Below, piece by piece: positions 1 to 9,757 of a DNA stretch of 64,000 bases. The notes below the pieces were generated by a model, which did not search any database, had not been told where the DNA came from, and worked only from the letters and a program-made list of their open reading frames with translations. The translations under genes were made by a program, and so were the position numbers. Source of the DNA: Anaerolineaceae bacterium (GTDB lineage: Bacteria > Chloroflexota > Anaerolineae > Anaerolineales > Anaerolineaceae); contig JADLFQ010000018.1 of assembly GCA_020845515.1 (NCBI GenBank), positions 5,186 through 69,185 on the forward strand, in the 5' to 3' direction. The number at the start of each line of letters is the position of its first letter. Positions within the stretch are counted from its first letter, which is position 1.

Positions 1-1753
1 GAAATGTGAGCGCCAGCGCGTCCAGCCGGGAAGCCTGGCGGCGCAGGAAAGCACGGGCAGCCTGGACGAGGCGAACGAGCAGGAGCAGAATGAGCGGGAA
101 GCCCGTCCAGGTGGCAAATTCGGCGTTGTTTAAGAGCAGGGCGTGCCGGATGCGCTCTCCCCAGGTGTCGAAATGCCATGTGGTGCGGTGGTTGGCAAAG
201 GCGCTGAGGTAGCGGGCGACGATATCGTAGTTGAGGAAAACACGGAAAAAGAGCGCAAATGCGGCGGCTCCTGCCAGGATGCCGAGGAGGAGCAGGATGG
301 TCTGCCGCAGGCGGGGCGCGGCCGGCTGGCGCAGCCATTCCATGCCAGCCCATAGCATGACAAAGGGCAGCAACGCGAGGAGGGAAAAAGAGAAATAGAG
401 GACGGTATAGCCGGCCGCGCCCAGCAAAAACCCCCCCAGGAAAGAGGGCCTCTTGAGTGCGAGCAGCGCTGCGCTCAGGACGAGCAGGAAGAACAGGGGG
501 TAGAGCACTTGGTCGAGAAATACCGGGATGAGAATGACGTTTGGGCAAAGGATATAGACGAGCGCCGGGAGGAGTGCATCTTGTGAGTCTTTGAACAGGC
601 GGCGGCTGAACCAGAACAGCACCCCAAGCACGAGAAAAGCGGCCAGCGGGTAGGTGTAGGCGGCCAGCTTGGTGAGTTTGTAAAAGCGCTCTTCCACGGT
701 TTGTGAGGGGCTGAGCAGGCTGGCGGCTTTTTCGGCGGCGGCGTATGGGATCAAGATGCCGGGCGGTTTGGTGCCGAGGTAGCGGTCCTGGCCGTAGAGG
801 GTCTCAAAGTTGTAGAGGGCGGGGTAGAGCGGCGGCTGCTCTGCGGCTGCCCAGGCATAGCCGTTGAAGACTGAGTCGGCGTATTTGAGACGGATAGTCT
901 CAAAGCCGCCCCCGGCGATGAACCCGAAGCTCACCTGCAAGCTGTAGCCAAGCGCGATGAGGATAAAAATGTTGCGGGGGAGCTTTGGACGCGAGAGGAC
1001 GAAGTGGATTACGAGCAGTGTGAGGAAGAAGAATACCAAAAAGAGCCCGTACTGGTGGGGGTAGATCTCCTTGGGTGTGATGTACCACTTCCACCCTGGA
1101 ATTGCCATAAAGGTTTTGAGATTAAAGACGAGCACGGTCCAGTGAAAGAGCGAGAGCGCCGTCATGAGCAGGAGGGCGAGGGCTTTGAAGATTGAACCGT
1201 CGCGCCATTTTTGCGAGAAGGCGGCGGCGTAGCTGCAGGCGAGCAGGGCGAGCGTTTGTATTCCCGCGGCTGCCGTCCAGAGGATGAGCGGTGCGGCACG
1301 CTGGAAGGCGGCGCGCAGAAGGTCAACCGCGTAGAGCATCCAGGCCGGGTAGGTAAACAGGATATCCTGCAGGCGGTAGGAGAGCCGGGTGGAAAAAACA
1401 AGTGTGAAACCGATGAGGAAAAGGGTGATGAAAAGGGCTGCGAGGAAGGCGGACAGCAGGTGGTCGCGGGTGAGGAGGTGATCATCCAGGCGGCGGCAAA
1501 GGTGCATGAGCCAGGCGGTGTCTTTGCGGGCGCGGCGCGCGGCCCACCCCAACGCGATGAGGGTGAGTATGGCGGCCAGGCCCAACACCAGCCGGGCGAG
1601 TGAGTAGCCGAGCAGGAGGCTGCGCCCGGCCTCGGAGGGCCTGGCGAAGAGCAGGATCGCGGCGACGGCACCTTCGGTGAGCATGAGCGCCAGCCAGATT
1701 TTGAACGCCGCGGGTTTGCATTTTGGTGTTTGTGCGAGGGCTGGTTGATCCAT
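1..1753 (-). CDS. polytopic integral membrane protein with its 3' end outside the window (possibly a GT-C/ArnT-like glycosyltransferase)
   Basis: My own minus-strand translation from the ATG at 1753-1751 (MDQPALAQTPKCKPAAFKIWLALMLTEGAVAAILLF...) stays open to the window edge. It is absent from the ORF track because it has no in-window stop. It contains many hydrophobic helices. The track ORFs here (e.g. 1162..1758) are P/S/R-rich off-frame artefacts. Confidence 0.6.
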   Translation of the reverse strand, partial: MDQPALAQTPKCKPAAFKIWLALMLTEGAVAAILLFARPSEAGRSLLLGYSLARLVLGLAAILTLIALGWAARRARKDTAWLMHLCRRLDDHLLTRDHLLSAFLAALFITLFLIGFTLVFSTRLSYRLQDILFTYPAWMLYAVDLLRAAFQRAAPLILWTAAAGIQTLALLACSYAAAFSQKWRDGSIFKALALLLMTALSLFHWTVLVFNLKTFMAIPGWKWYITPKEIYPHQYGLFLVFFFLTLLVIHFVLSRPKLPRNIFILIALGYSLQVSFGFIAGGGFETIRLKYADSVFNGYAWAAAEQPPLYPALYNFETLYGQDRYLGTKPPGILIPYAAAEKAASLLSPSQTVEERFYKLTKLAAYTYPLAAFLVLGVLFWFSRRLFKDSQDALLPALVYILCPNVILIPVFLDQVLYPLFFLLVLSAALLALKRPSFLGGFLLGAAGYTVLYFSFSLLALLPFVMLWAGMEWLRQPAAPRLRQTILLLLGILAGAAAFALFFRVFLNYDIVARYLSAFANHRTTWHFDTWGERIRHALLLNNAEFATWTGFPLILLLLVRLVQAARAFLRRQASRLDALALTF

Positions 1754-1864
1754 TCCAAGCCTTATTGTATCTTAAGGGCGTTTGAATTGAGATGTAATCT
1801 TTTCAGGGGGCGGGTTGAAGTTGTCAGGGGAATTGTTCCATAAAAAAAAACAAACAGAAACAAA

Positions 1865-2302
1865 TCAGGGGTCTTGGAGGGTTTTCAGAGGTGCGGAGGA
1901 AGGGGCCGCGCGGAGCTCCTCGTTTACTTCAATGAGCGCTTGATGGAGCGTTTTGGTAATTTCTTCGGTAGCGCCGCCGAGTATTTGATGGGTGCGCAGC
2001 AGGCTGGTGATGCTGCGGGTTGCGAGACTGAGGGCGCGCAACATGCTGATGTAGTCGAGGGGGTCTTCGAGGTTATCGCAGTGCTCGATGGCGCGGCGGA
2101 TGAAGACACGCAGCATGAGGATTTCATCCTGCAGGTTGTTGGCGGGGAATGCCTCCAGATCGCGGATTTCTACGGATTTGAAGCGAGGGGAGTAAAAGCC
2201 GTGCTTGAGGGCGTTTGTATTGTCCATGGGGGCTCCCCGGCGGCGGGGTGTTTTTGGGGCAGTGTTTGTGCGAGCACGGGGGCAGACTGTTTTTACGGGC
2301 AA
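1865..2302 (-). CDS. hypothetical protein with a basic N-terminus and a GAPxxNxNALKHGFYS motif
   Basis: 145-aa ORF with normal composition. The opposite-strand ORF 1874..2341 is G/A-rich off-frame. An alternative internal start lies at 2227. Confidence 0.45.
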   Translation of the reverse strand: MPVKTVCPRARTNTAPKTPRRRGAPMDNTNALKHGFYSPRFKSVEIRDLEAFPANNLQDEILMLRVFIRRAIEHCDNLEDPLDYISMLRALSLATRSITSLLRTHQILGGATEEITKTLHQALIEVNEELRAAPSSAPLKTLQDP

Positions 2303-2407
2303 AGGGAACCTCCGGAGATTAAGGTTTTTTTCTCAGGATAGGCGATATTTGCCGGTTTACAACCTGTTAAAATATGGAGGTTAACCTGTTAAAAGTGACA
2401 GGTTTGA

Positions 2408-2485
2408 CCCCCACCCCGACCTTCCCCTGCTTTGGGGGAGGGCACGACGCCCCCACCCCGACCCCCCCCGTTTTGGGGGAGGGGG
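2408..2485. repeat. two tandem copies of a GC-rich hairpin element (CCCCCACCCCGACC-N11/12-GGGGGAGGG)
   Basis: Copy 1 is 2408-2442 and copy 2 is 2450-2485, directly 3' of the creatininase gene stop. Related copies occur at 4264-4299 and, inverted, at 30685-30721. Confidence 0.7.
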
Positions 2486-3280
2486 TTAATACGCCGGGGA
2501 GAGGCCAAACTCGTCCTGGAAGGCAAGTTCGTAGCCTTCGAAGACATCTGCCAGGATCATTTTGCCTTTCTCGATGGATGAGCCGGTGGCGGGTGCGAGC
2601 GCGCCGTTCTTGGTGACGATATCGGGCGGGGTGGGGAAGATGGAATATTTTGGGTAGCGCGGCGCGGCTTCGTCCGGCAGTTTTTCCATATCCACTATGC
2701 CCGGGTTGATGCCCAGCATGGCTGAGGTCTCCAGCAGAGCGGCGTGTTCCGGGTCCCAGCCGGGGAATTTTCCGTTGAACAGTGCGTCCAGGGTATTGTC
2801 CTTGACGAACGGCGCCCAGCCGGTGAGCAAAATTTTGCATCCCAGCTTTTCCAAGCCGCGCCGCTGGCGCGCCAGCTCAATGCCTTCCACCAGGAAATTC
2901 TGATTTTCCAGGTGGGCGTTGATCAAAACGATGCGGCGCACGCCGTGACGCAGCAGTTCTTCCAGGATATCGCGCACGGTTGCGATCAGTGCTTCTGCGC
3001 CGATGCAGGTTGTGCCGGGGAACCGGTCGCCACCGCCGATGGTGGCCTGAGAGCGATAGCCGTAAGTTAGGGGGGGCATGACTACAGCCGGGTAGCGATT
3101 TGCCAGTTCCAGCGCGATTTCGTATCCCATCATATAGTCAAATCCAATAGGAAGGTGGGGGCCATGCTCTTCGATGGCGCCGGCTGTTAAAATAAAGATG
3201 GCGTTTTCCCTTACCTTTTGATCGAATTCCTGCCAGGTCAGGTGTTCCATGAGGCGTTTATCGAGTGCTGGAGAGGTCAT
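2486..3280 (-). CDS. creatininase-family amidohydrolase
   Basis: 264 aa. Motifs are ILTAGAIEEHGPHLPIGFD, VVMPPLTYGY and RIVLINAHLENQ, typical of the creatinine amidohydrolase/MftE/ArfB family. Confidence 0.8.
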   Translation of the reverse strand: MTSPALDKRLMEHLTWQEFDQKVRENAIFILTAGAIEEHGPHLPIGFDYMMGYEIALELANRYPAVVMPPLTYGYRSQATIGGGDRFPGTTCIGAEALIATVRDILEELLRHGVRRIVLINAHLENQNFLVEGIELARQRRGLEKLGCKILLTGWAPFVKDNTLDALFNGKFPGWDPEHAALLETSAMLGINPGIVDMEKLPDEAAPRYPKYSIFPTPPDIVTKNGALAPATGSSIEKGKMILADVFEGYELAFQDEFGLSPAY

Positions 3281-3322
3281 GAAAAATAAGCTCCTTTGTA
3301 AATGATTGTAAAAGCGATGAGG

Positions 3323-4105
3323 CTATAAACCGAATTCGGTTTTGAAGGCTTCGGCGTAACCGTTGAACACGTCCTGGAGGATGCGCTTTCCTTTTTCAAG
3401 GGAGGTTCCTTTTGCGGGGGCCAGCGCGCCGTTTTTTGTGACCACATCCGGGGGCGTTGGAAAGATGGAATATTTTGGATAGCGGGGGCACGACTCATCA
3501 GGGAGTCTGGACATATCCACGTATTCCGGATGGATCGCCAGCATGGCAGAGGTTTCGATCACGGCGGCGTGCTCAGGGTCCCAGCCGGGGAATTTTCCGT
3601 CGAACAGTGCGTCCAGGGTGGCATCCTGGACGAAGTTCCCCCACCCCGTCAGTAAAATCTTGCAGCCGTGTTTTTCGAGGTTGACGTTCCGGCGAGCCAA
3701 CTCGATCCCTTCCACCAGGAAGTTGTGGTTTTCCAGGTGGCTGTTGTTGACGACAATGCGGCGCACACCGTGGCGCAGCAGCTCTTCCAGGATATCGCGC
3801 ACGGTTGCGATCAGCGCCTGTGCGCCGACACAGGTTGTGCCGGGGAACTGGTCGCCGCCACCGACGGTTGCCTGGGAGCGGTAGCCGTATTGCAGCGGCG
3901 GCATGACGACCACCGGGTAGCGGTTAGCCAGCTCCAACGCGACCTCGTGTCCCATCAGATAATCGAACCCGATGGGCAGATGCAGGCCGTGCTGTTCGAT
4001 GGCGCCGACCGTCAAGATAAAAATATAGTTGTCTTTTACACGCTGGTCGAATTCCTGCCAGGTGAGGTGCGCCGCCAGGCGTTTGTCTCGTTGAGGAAGG
4101 GTCAT
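3323..4105 (-). CDS. creatininase-family amidohydrolase (tandem paralog)
   Basis: 260 aa, colinear with 2486..3280 and roughly three-quarters identical by eye, with the same metal-binding motif context. Confidence 0.8.
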   Translation of the reverse strand: MTLPQRDKRLAAHLTWQEFDQRVKDNYIFILTVGAIEQHGLHLPIGFDYLMGHEVALELANRYPVVVMPPLQYGYRSQATVGGGDQFPGTTCVGAQALIATVRDILEELLRHGVRRIVVNNSHLENHNFLVEGIELARRNVNLEKHGCKILLTGWGNFVQDATLDALFDGKFPGWDPEHAAVIETSAMLAIHPEYVDMSRLPDESCPRYPKYSIFPTPPDVVTKNGALAPAKGTSLEKGKRILQDVFNGYAEAFKTEFGL

Positions 4106-4263
4106 GCTTAATCTCCTTTTTATTCGGTAAAGTATTTTAGGACAGGATAATCAAACTCCCACTCCGCCCCTTACGATTCTCAGCGAAAGCGGGGCGGCAG
4201 CCAAATTCGCCGCCACTCCGCACTGCGCGGTCCTGGAGGAGTTCGCTCCAGGACGCTGCGCGG

Positions 4264-4299
4264 CCCCCACCCCGGCCCTCCCCAAAAGGTGGGGGAGGG
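4264..4299. repeat. GC-rich hairpin element, third copy
   Basis: Sequence CCCCCACCCCGGCCCTCCCCAAAAGGTGGGGGAGGG with a CCCTCCCC/GGGGAGGG stem. It lies in the intergenic gap between the ABC permease and the creatininase genes. Confidence 0.65.
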
Positions 4300-4374
4300 A
4301 GAACACCCGGAATGGTTTGTACAGGATTTGAAAACAGTCCGCAGGTATTTCATGAATCACAGTCATGCTATCCT

Positions 4375-5337
4375 TCAATCCACGCTGCGTTCGACGCGGC
4401 GGTAGGGCTGCCCGTAGGCCGCAGACCAACTTACCCTGCCGACCGCGAAGACGATGGCGAGGACGGTAAAAAGGTAGGGGATCATCAGGGCAAACTGGTA
4501 GGGGATGCCCATCCCCAAAGCTTGAATGCGCAATTGCAGTGCATCGGCAAACCCGAAGATGACCGCGCCCACCAGCGCGCCGAGGGGATTCCATTTTCCA
4601 AAGACAATGGCGGTATAGGCGATATAGCCCCGTCCGGCGGTCATTCCTTCCTGGAAGATCGTAGTTTGTCCAATGGAAAGAAAGGCGCCTGCCAGCCCGG
4701 CGACCAACCCTGATACGAGGATGGTGTAAATGCGTATCCGGTACACATTCAAACCGACGGTATCTGCGGCGCGGGGCGTTTCGCCGACGGCGCGGATGTT
4801 CAGCCCCCACTTGGTGCGGAACATGAAGAAATTGGCGATTGGCACGCTGAGGAATGCCAGGTAAACCAATGGTGATTGGTTGAAGAGGATGTTTCCCAAC
4901 ACGGGAAGATCGCCCAGCAAAGGAAGCCGCCAGATGGGCAAGCCGGTGATGTCCGGTGTTCTGCTCATCGCCCCAAAAATTTGCCGGAAGATCAAGCTGG
5001 TGGTCCCCAAGGAAAACACGTTCAACGCCACAGCGGTGACGATATGGTCGGTGCCGATGATGACAACAAAAACGGCAAACAGGAGAGATAAAACCATTGC
5101 CGCCAGCATGGCTCCCAGCGCGCCCAACCAGGGGCTTCCCAGGTAATAGGTGACGACGACGGCGGTCATAGCGCCCATGAGCATGAAGCCCTCGGTGGCG
5201 ATGTTCATAATACCTGCCCGTTCGCAAAAGATGCTTCCCATCGCGACCAGCAGGATGGGAGTCGTCAACCGGAAGACGGCGGCATAAAAATCTAATGAAG
5301 TAAAAATGAACGCAAATTGGGAGAGCAGATCAGCCAT
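4375..5337 (-). CDS. ABC transporter permease (BMP/nucleoside-type, YufQ-like)
   Basis: Start chosen at MADLLSQFAFIF, giving a TAAAATG junction with the upstream permease stop at 5339. The protein is a multi-TM permease. Confidence 0.8.
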   Translation of the reverse strand: MADLLSQFAFIFTSLDFYAAVFRLTTPILLVAMGSIFCERAGIMNIATEGFMLMGAMTAVVVTYYLGSPWLGALGAMLAAMVLSLLFAVFVVIIGTDHIVTAVALNVFSLGTTSLIFRQIFGAMSRTPDITGLPIWRLPLLGDLPVLGNILFNQSPLVYLAFLSVPIANFFMFRTKWGLNIRAVGETPRAADTVGLNVYRIRIYTILVSGLVAGLAGAFLSIGQTTIFQEGMTAGRGYIAYTAIVFGKWNPLGALVGAVIFGFADALQLRIQALGMGIPYQFALMIPYLFTVLAIVFAVGRVSWSAAYGQPYRRVERSVD

Positions 5338-5338
5338 T

Positions 5339-6469
5339 TTAGTTTCCTGGTTGAATTTCTTTTTTAAAGACATCCATCTGCTTCTCGCGCTTCCACCAGC
5401 GCCATCCAAAGCGGATGTGGTAACTCGCCAGTACGAACAAAATGATCAGGGCTTGAATCACATAAATCAAAGTGGAAGGGATCCCCAGAGAAATTTGCAT
5501 GCCGTTGGAGCCGGAACGCAAAGCGCCAAAAAAGAAGCCGCCCAGCAGGACGCCAAACGGATGAAGCTGACCGACCAGGGCGGCAGCAATGGCATCGTAG
5601 CCAAACCCGCTCAAGAAAGATTCCAACATGCGGTATTCTGTTCCGATAATATGGAGGGTTCCCGCCAGACCGGCCAGGCTGCCGCTGATCAAGAAGGACG
5701 TCAACATCGTTTTGGGGACATTGATCCCGGCGGCTTCGGCGGCGCGCTGGTTGGCGCCGACAAACCGGATGTTGAAACCCGGCACAGTGCGCCACAAGAA
5801 GAAATAGCACAGCACAACCAAGATCAGGGCGATGAAGATGCCAGGATGCAGGCGCATTTCCGGCACCAGGATGGGCAGCCGCGCGGTTTGGGCGACCTCT
5901 GCTGTTTTTGCGTAGAGCTGACCAGGTTCCCGTAAAGGCCCGCGTACCACCCAACTTAACAGCAGCGCCGCCATATAATTGAGCAGCAGGGTGACGATCA
6001 CTTCGTTGATGCCGCGTTTTGCTTTCAGCCAGGCTGGCAGCCAGGCGTAAGCCATGCCTCCGACCATACCGGCGATCATGCACAGGGGAATATGAATAAA
6101 GGGGGGCAGGCCAGTAACTTTTGTCCCGACCCAAACGGCGAAGATGCCCCCAATGAGGATTTGCCCCTCGACACCGATATTGAATATTTCGGCGCGGTAG
6201 GCGATGGTTACCGCCAGACCGGTGATTAACAACGGCAGGGATTTAATGATGGTCGTTCCAATTGCGGATTTGTTTCCGATGGCGCTCTCGAAGAGCGCCT
6301 GATAAGCCAGCAGCGGATTGAAGTTCATGACCAGCATCAACACACCACAGACAATTAAAGCAGCCGCAACAGCAATGAGGGGCGGCGAGAGTCTCTTCCA
6401 GAGGGATAAGGCAGTCTTTTGCAGGTTTTTGAGCCTGAGGAACGCGGGGATTTTGAAGGTTGTTTTCAT
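5339..6469 (-). CDS. ABC transporter permease (BMP/nucleoside-type, YufP-like)
   Basis: 376-aa multi-TM protein, with a 4-nt overlap with the ATPase gene. Confidence 0.8.
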   Translation of the reverse strand: MKTTFKIPAFLRLKNLQKTALSLWKRLSPPLIAVAAALIVCGVLMLVMNFNPLLAYQALFESAIGNKSAIGTTIIKSLPLLITGLAVTIAYRAEIFNIGVEGQILIGGIFAVWVGTKVTGLPPFIHIPLCMIAGMVGGMAYAWLPAWLKAKRGINEVIVTLLLNYMAALLLSWVVRGPLREPGQLYAKTAEVAQTARLPILVPEMRLHPGIFIALILVVLCYFFLWRTVPGFNIRFVGANQRAAEAAGINVPKTMLTSFLISGSLAGLAGTLHIIGTEYRMLESFLSGFGYDAIAAALVGQLHPFGVLLGGFFFGALRSGSNGMQISLGIPSTLIYVIQALIILFVLASYHIRFGWRWWKREKQMDVFKKEIQPGN

Positions 6470-7998
6470 GGCAAAGAGTCTTCCTGCTGCTCCAGCCGGA
6501 CACCGGCCATCATCATCCCAATTTGATTCACGTTCGTTTTCTCCACCGGAGCAATTCCCATCAACTCACCACGGTACATCACGGCAATCCGATCGCTGAG
6601 GCGAAAGATTTCCTGCAATTCAGTTGAAATCAGCAGGATGGCGGCACCTCTGGAGCGCTCCTGCACCAGTCTTTCATAGACCTGTTGGGTCAAGCCCACA
6701 TCCAAGCCGCGTGTCGGCTGAGCTGCGATCAACACCCTGGGCTGGTGGCCCAGGGCAGAGGCGAGAACAACGCGCTGCTGGTTTCCGCCGGAAAGTGTGG
6801 CTACAGCAGCGCGGGGAGAAGGTGTTTGGATGTTGAAGGTGCTGATCGAGTGCTGGACAAACTGGCGTATCGCTTTTGGGTTCAAGATTCCTCGCCTTGA
6901 ATAAGGCGGTTTCGAAATATGACTGGCGACCATGTTCTCTTCCACAGTCAGCTTGACAGCCACGGCGCGGTCCAGCCGGTCGCTTGGGATATGGGCAAGC
7001 CCAAGCTGGTGTAATTGATCCGGTTTGTAATGGCTGACTTCCTGCCCGTGCAGGAAGACTTGACCTTCGCGGATGCGCCGCAGCCCGCAAAGCACTTCTT
7101 CCAATTCCTGCTGGCCGTTGCCATCCACCCCTGCGAAGCCGAGGATCTCGCCTTCATGCAAGCTGAAAGAGATATTGTTGAGCGCCAGGGCGCCCCGCTC
7201 TCCAACTGCTTTGATGTTTTGCACTTCCAAAGCGATCTTTCCCTGTTTCAGGGGGGGCTTGTGGACATCGAAGATCACCTCGCGTCCGACCATCAGGTGC
7301 GCCAGTTCGTGCGGCGTTGTGTCAGAAGTTTTTACTGTCTCGACCACGCGCCCATCCCGCAACACTGTAACCCGGTCGCTGATTGCCATCACCTCTTCCA
7401 GTTTATGGGTGATAAGGATGACGCTCACCCCCCTGGCGCTCAGGCGGCGCAGGACGGCAAAAAGATCATTGACCTCCCCGGGGGTAAGCACGGCCGTCGG
7501 CTCGTCCAAGATCAACAACTGAATCTCGCGGTAAAGAGCTTTGAGGATTTCCACCCGCTGCTGCGCGCCGACTGGCAGGCGCCAGATGACGGCGCGGGGG
7601 TTCACTTCCAGCCCAAACTCCCGGCTCAGTGTATTGAGACGGGTTTCGATATATTCCAGATCTAACAGCAGCCCGCGGGTAGAAGCCAACCCTAAAGAGA
7701 CATTTTCTACGACCGACAGCACCGGGACCAGCATGAAGTGCTGGTGTACCATGCCGATGCCCAAAGATACCGCCGCGTGGCTGTCCGGAATTTCCATGGG
7801 CCGGCCGCGCCAGTAAATTTGTCCTGCATCCGGCTTGAGCTGGCCGTAAAGGCAGTTCATCAGGGTGGTCTTCCCTGCGCCGTTTTCACCCAGCAGGGCC
7901 AGGATCTCGCCTTCCCGAACGTCCAGAGAAATGCGGTCGTTTGCCAGGACGCCTGGAAAGGATTTGGTTATGTTGTCGAGACGCAGCATTTCACCCAT
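6466..7998 (-). CDS. ABC transporter ATP-binding protein with duplicated ATPase domains
   Basis: It has Walker A GENGAGKTT, the signatures LPVGAQQRVEI and LSGGNQQRVVL, and a second P-loop GVDGNGQ. Confidence 0.85.
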   Translation of the reverse strand: MGEMLRLDNITKSFPGVLANDRISLDVREGEILALLGENGAGKTTLMNCLYGQLKPDAGQIYWRGRPMEIPDSHAAVSLGIGMVHQHFMLVPVLSVVENVSLGLASTRGLLLDLEYIETRLNTLSREFGLEVNPRAVIWRLPVGAQQRVEILKALYREIQLLILDEPTAVLTPGEVNDLFAVLRRLSARGVSVILITHKLEEVMAISDRVTVLRDGRVVETVKTSDTTPHELAHLMVGREVIFDVHKPPLKQGKIALEVQNIKAVGERGALALNNISFSLHEGEILGFAGVDGNGQQELEEVLCGLRRIREGQVFLHGQEVSHYKPDQLHQLGLAHIPSDRLDRAVAVKLTVEENMVASHISKPPYSRRGILNPKAIRQFVQHSISTFNIQTPSPRAAVATLSGGNQQRVVLASALGHQPRVLIAAQPTRGLDVGLTQQVYERLVQERSRGAAILLISTELQEIFRLSDRIAVMYRGELMGIAPVEKTNVNQIGMMMAGVRLEQQEDSLP

Positions 7999-8067
7999 GG
8001 CAAACCTTGAGGGGGGACTGGCAGGTTTAGGAAAGAACCTGGCAGTCCCCAGAAATGGAAGTTGGTT

Positions 8068-9081
8068 TTACAAGTCAGTCCGGACGGGGATATCCAGCTT
8101 GCCGTCAATATACTGCTGCAGTCCGTCGTTAATTTCCTTCTGCAGGTCTTCCGGTACATTTGTACCGCACCAGGCCAGGTGTTGGGCATCGTTCTTGATG
8201 CTGTAAACGGAATAGCCGGATTTCAGGGTTCCTTTTTGGAACTCTTCGCCGGAGAGCTTCAGCAGGTATCCTGGAAGCTGTACCACGCTCAACAGCGTCT
8301 GCTCGGGCGCATACTGGCAGACATCTCCGGTCCACCCGATGACTTTGACGTCAACGCCTTTGGCTTTGGCTTCTTCGATCGCTTCGAAAACGCCAAAATC
8401 GCCCGAACCGGCAACGGATAAGATGACATCCACGCCTGATTCGATAGAAGCTTTGGTTAATTCCTTTGCTTTTGCCGGGTCTTGCCAACTGCCGACGTAG
8501 CCGATCACCGTTGTGGCCTCAGGGTTGACCGCTTTGGCGGCATTCTCGAATACTTCCTTGTCGTAAGAGACCAGAGGCGATTCTGTCCCGGCGATCCAGG
8601 CCAGCTTGTTGGTCTTGGTCATCTTGGCGGCCACAATGCCCGCAAAGTAAGACACTTCACCGGTAACCCAGCCGTTGGAACTGAAGTTATCTCCGCCTTC
8701 TGTATGTTCGTTGATGTTGACCCAGGTAGTATTCGGAAACTCCGGGGCGACCTTTTTCATCGGGTCGGCAAACAGCCAGCCAGGGCCGAAGACAATATCA
8801 TAGCCTTTTTGTCCGTATCCCCGCATCAACTCTTCCATATCTTCGGTCTCGGTATTGTCCACATAGCTGACATCCCAACCGTATTCTTTACTGAGCTGCT
8901 GCATGGCTTCCCAGCATGAGGTGTTCCAACCGGTATCGGCCAGCGGTCCTTCCAGCAGGACAGCTGCTTTAATAACTTTTTGAGCCGTTGGGGCTGCCGG
9001 TGCTGTCCCACCGCAGGCGGCCAGCCCGACGATGCTCACCAGGCAGATGACTACCAGCCATACATTAATCTTTTTGAACAT
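8068..9081 (-). CDS. BMP-family ABC substrate-binding lipoprotein
   Basis: MFKKINVWLVVICLVSIVGLAACGG is a signal peptide with a lipobox. The start at 9081 is preceded by GGAGGAG. The track start at 9093 is less likely. Confidence 0.8.
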   Translation of the reverse strand: MFKKINVWLVVICLVSIVGLAACGGTAPAAPTAQKVIKAAVLLEGPLADTGWNTSCWEAMQQLSKEYGWDVSYVDNTETEDMEELMRGYGQKGYDIVFGPGWLFADPMKKVAPEFPNTTWVNINEHTEGGDNFSSNGWVTGEVSYFAGIVAAKMTKTNKLAWIAGTESPLVSYDKEVFENAAKAVNPEATTVIGYVGSWQDPAKAKELTKASIESGVDVILSVAGSGDFGVFEAIEEAKAKGVDVKVIGWTGDVCQYAPEQTLLSVVQLPGYLLKLSGEEFQKGTLKSGYSVYSIKNDAQHLAWCGTNVPEDLQKEINDGLQQYIDGKLDIPVRTDL

Positions 9082-9237
9082 TTGCTCCTCCATATAGGAT
9101 ATTGTACTGGTTGACAGGATAAGGTGTTGTGGTAAAGACGGCCAATGGGAAAATAAAGTGCATTCCCTGAAAATCTTTTATGAAAGCACCTCCTTCCTGG
9201 GTCTGGCTGACCCAGAAGCGATCTCTCCGGCTCCAAC

Positions 9238-9642
9238 TCAGTTTGCGCCGATGTGGTCACTTTTTTGGGGGGATTGTGCATCGCGAATGGCGCGAAGCAG
9301 TTCGTCAATCGGGTTGCCCTTCAACAGGTAGCGAAAAGCACCTGCTGCCAGCGCTTCTTGATGTTTGATTTCGTCCATGAACAATGTGATTACAATGACC
9401 TGTACGCCTGGATAGCTGCGGGTAATGGCGGCTGTGACGGCTATGCTGTCCATGCCCGCAAGGTCGAGGTCTATCACTACGACATCCGGCATTGTCTTGC
9501 CGCATAGCTCCAGCGTCTCGTCTCCGTTGGCGGCCAGTCCGACGACCTGCATGTCTTCATGGGTGCTGATATGGTTTGCCAGCCCACGCCGGGCCATTTC
9601 ATGGTGATCAACGAGCAAGATGCGGATTGGAGGAAGGGTCAT
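9238..9642 (-). CDS. stand-alone response regulator receiver domain
   Basis: MTLPPIRILLVDHH...VVVIDLDLAGMDS...LLKG. The N-terminal extension in the track (to 9786) overlaps the neighbouring gene and looks non-coding. Confidence 0.7.
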   Translation of the reverse strand: MTLPPIRILLVDHHEMARRGLANHISTHEDMQVVGLAANGDETLELCGKTMPDVVVIDLDLAGMDSIAVTAAITRSYPGVQVIVITLFMDEIKHQEALAAGAFRYLLKGNPIDELLRAIRDAQSPQKSDHIGAN

Positions 9643-9757
9643 AAAATCATCCTGCCTGAATAGACAGGCATGGTTACATGTTAAGAAAAACCGACTTTTG
9701 GGTAAATCGGGCGGGTGGGGGATTTTCTGATCGGCCAGATGGGGGAGAAAAGAAAAT

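Noticed and set aside
2408-2485. Tandem GC-rich repeats as a mini CRISPR array
   Set aside because: There are only two adjacent copies with a 7-nt gap, no spacer-sized unique inserts and no cas genes. Other copies are dispersed singly.
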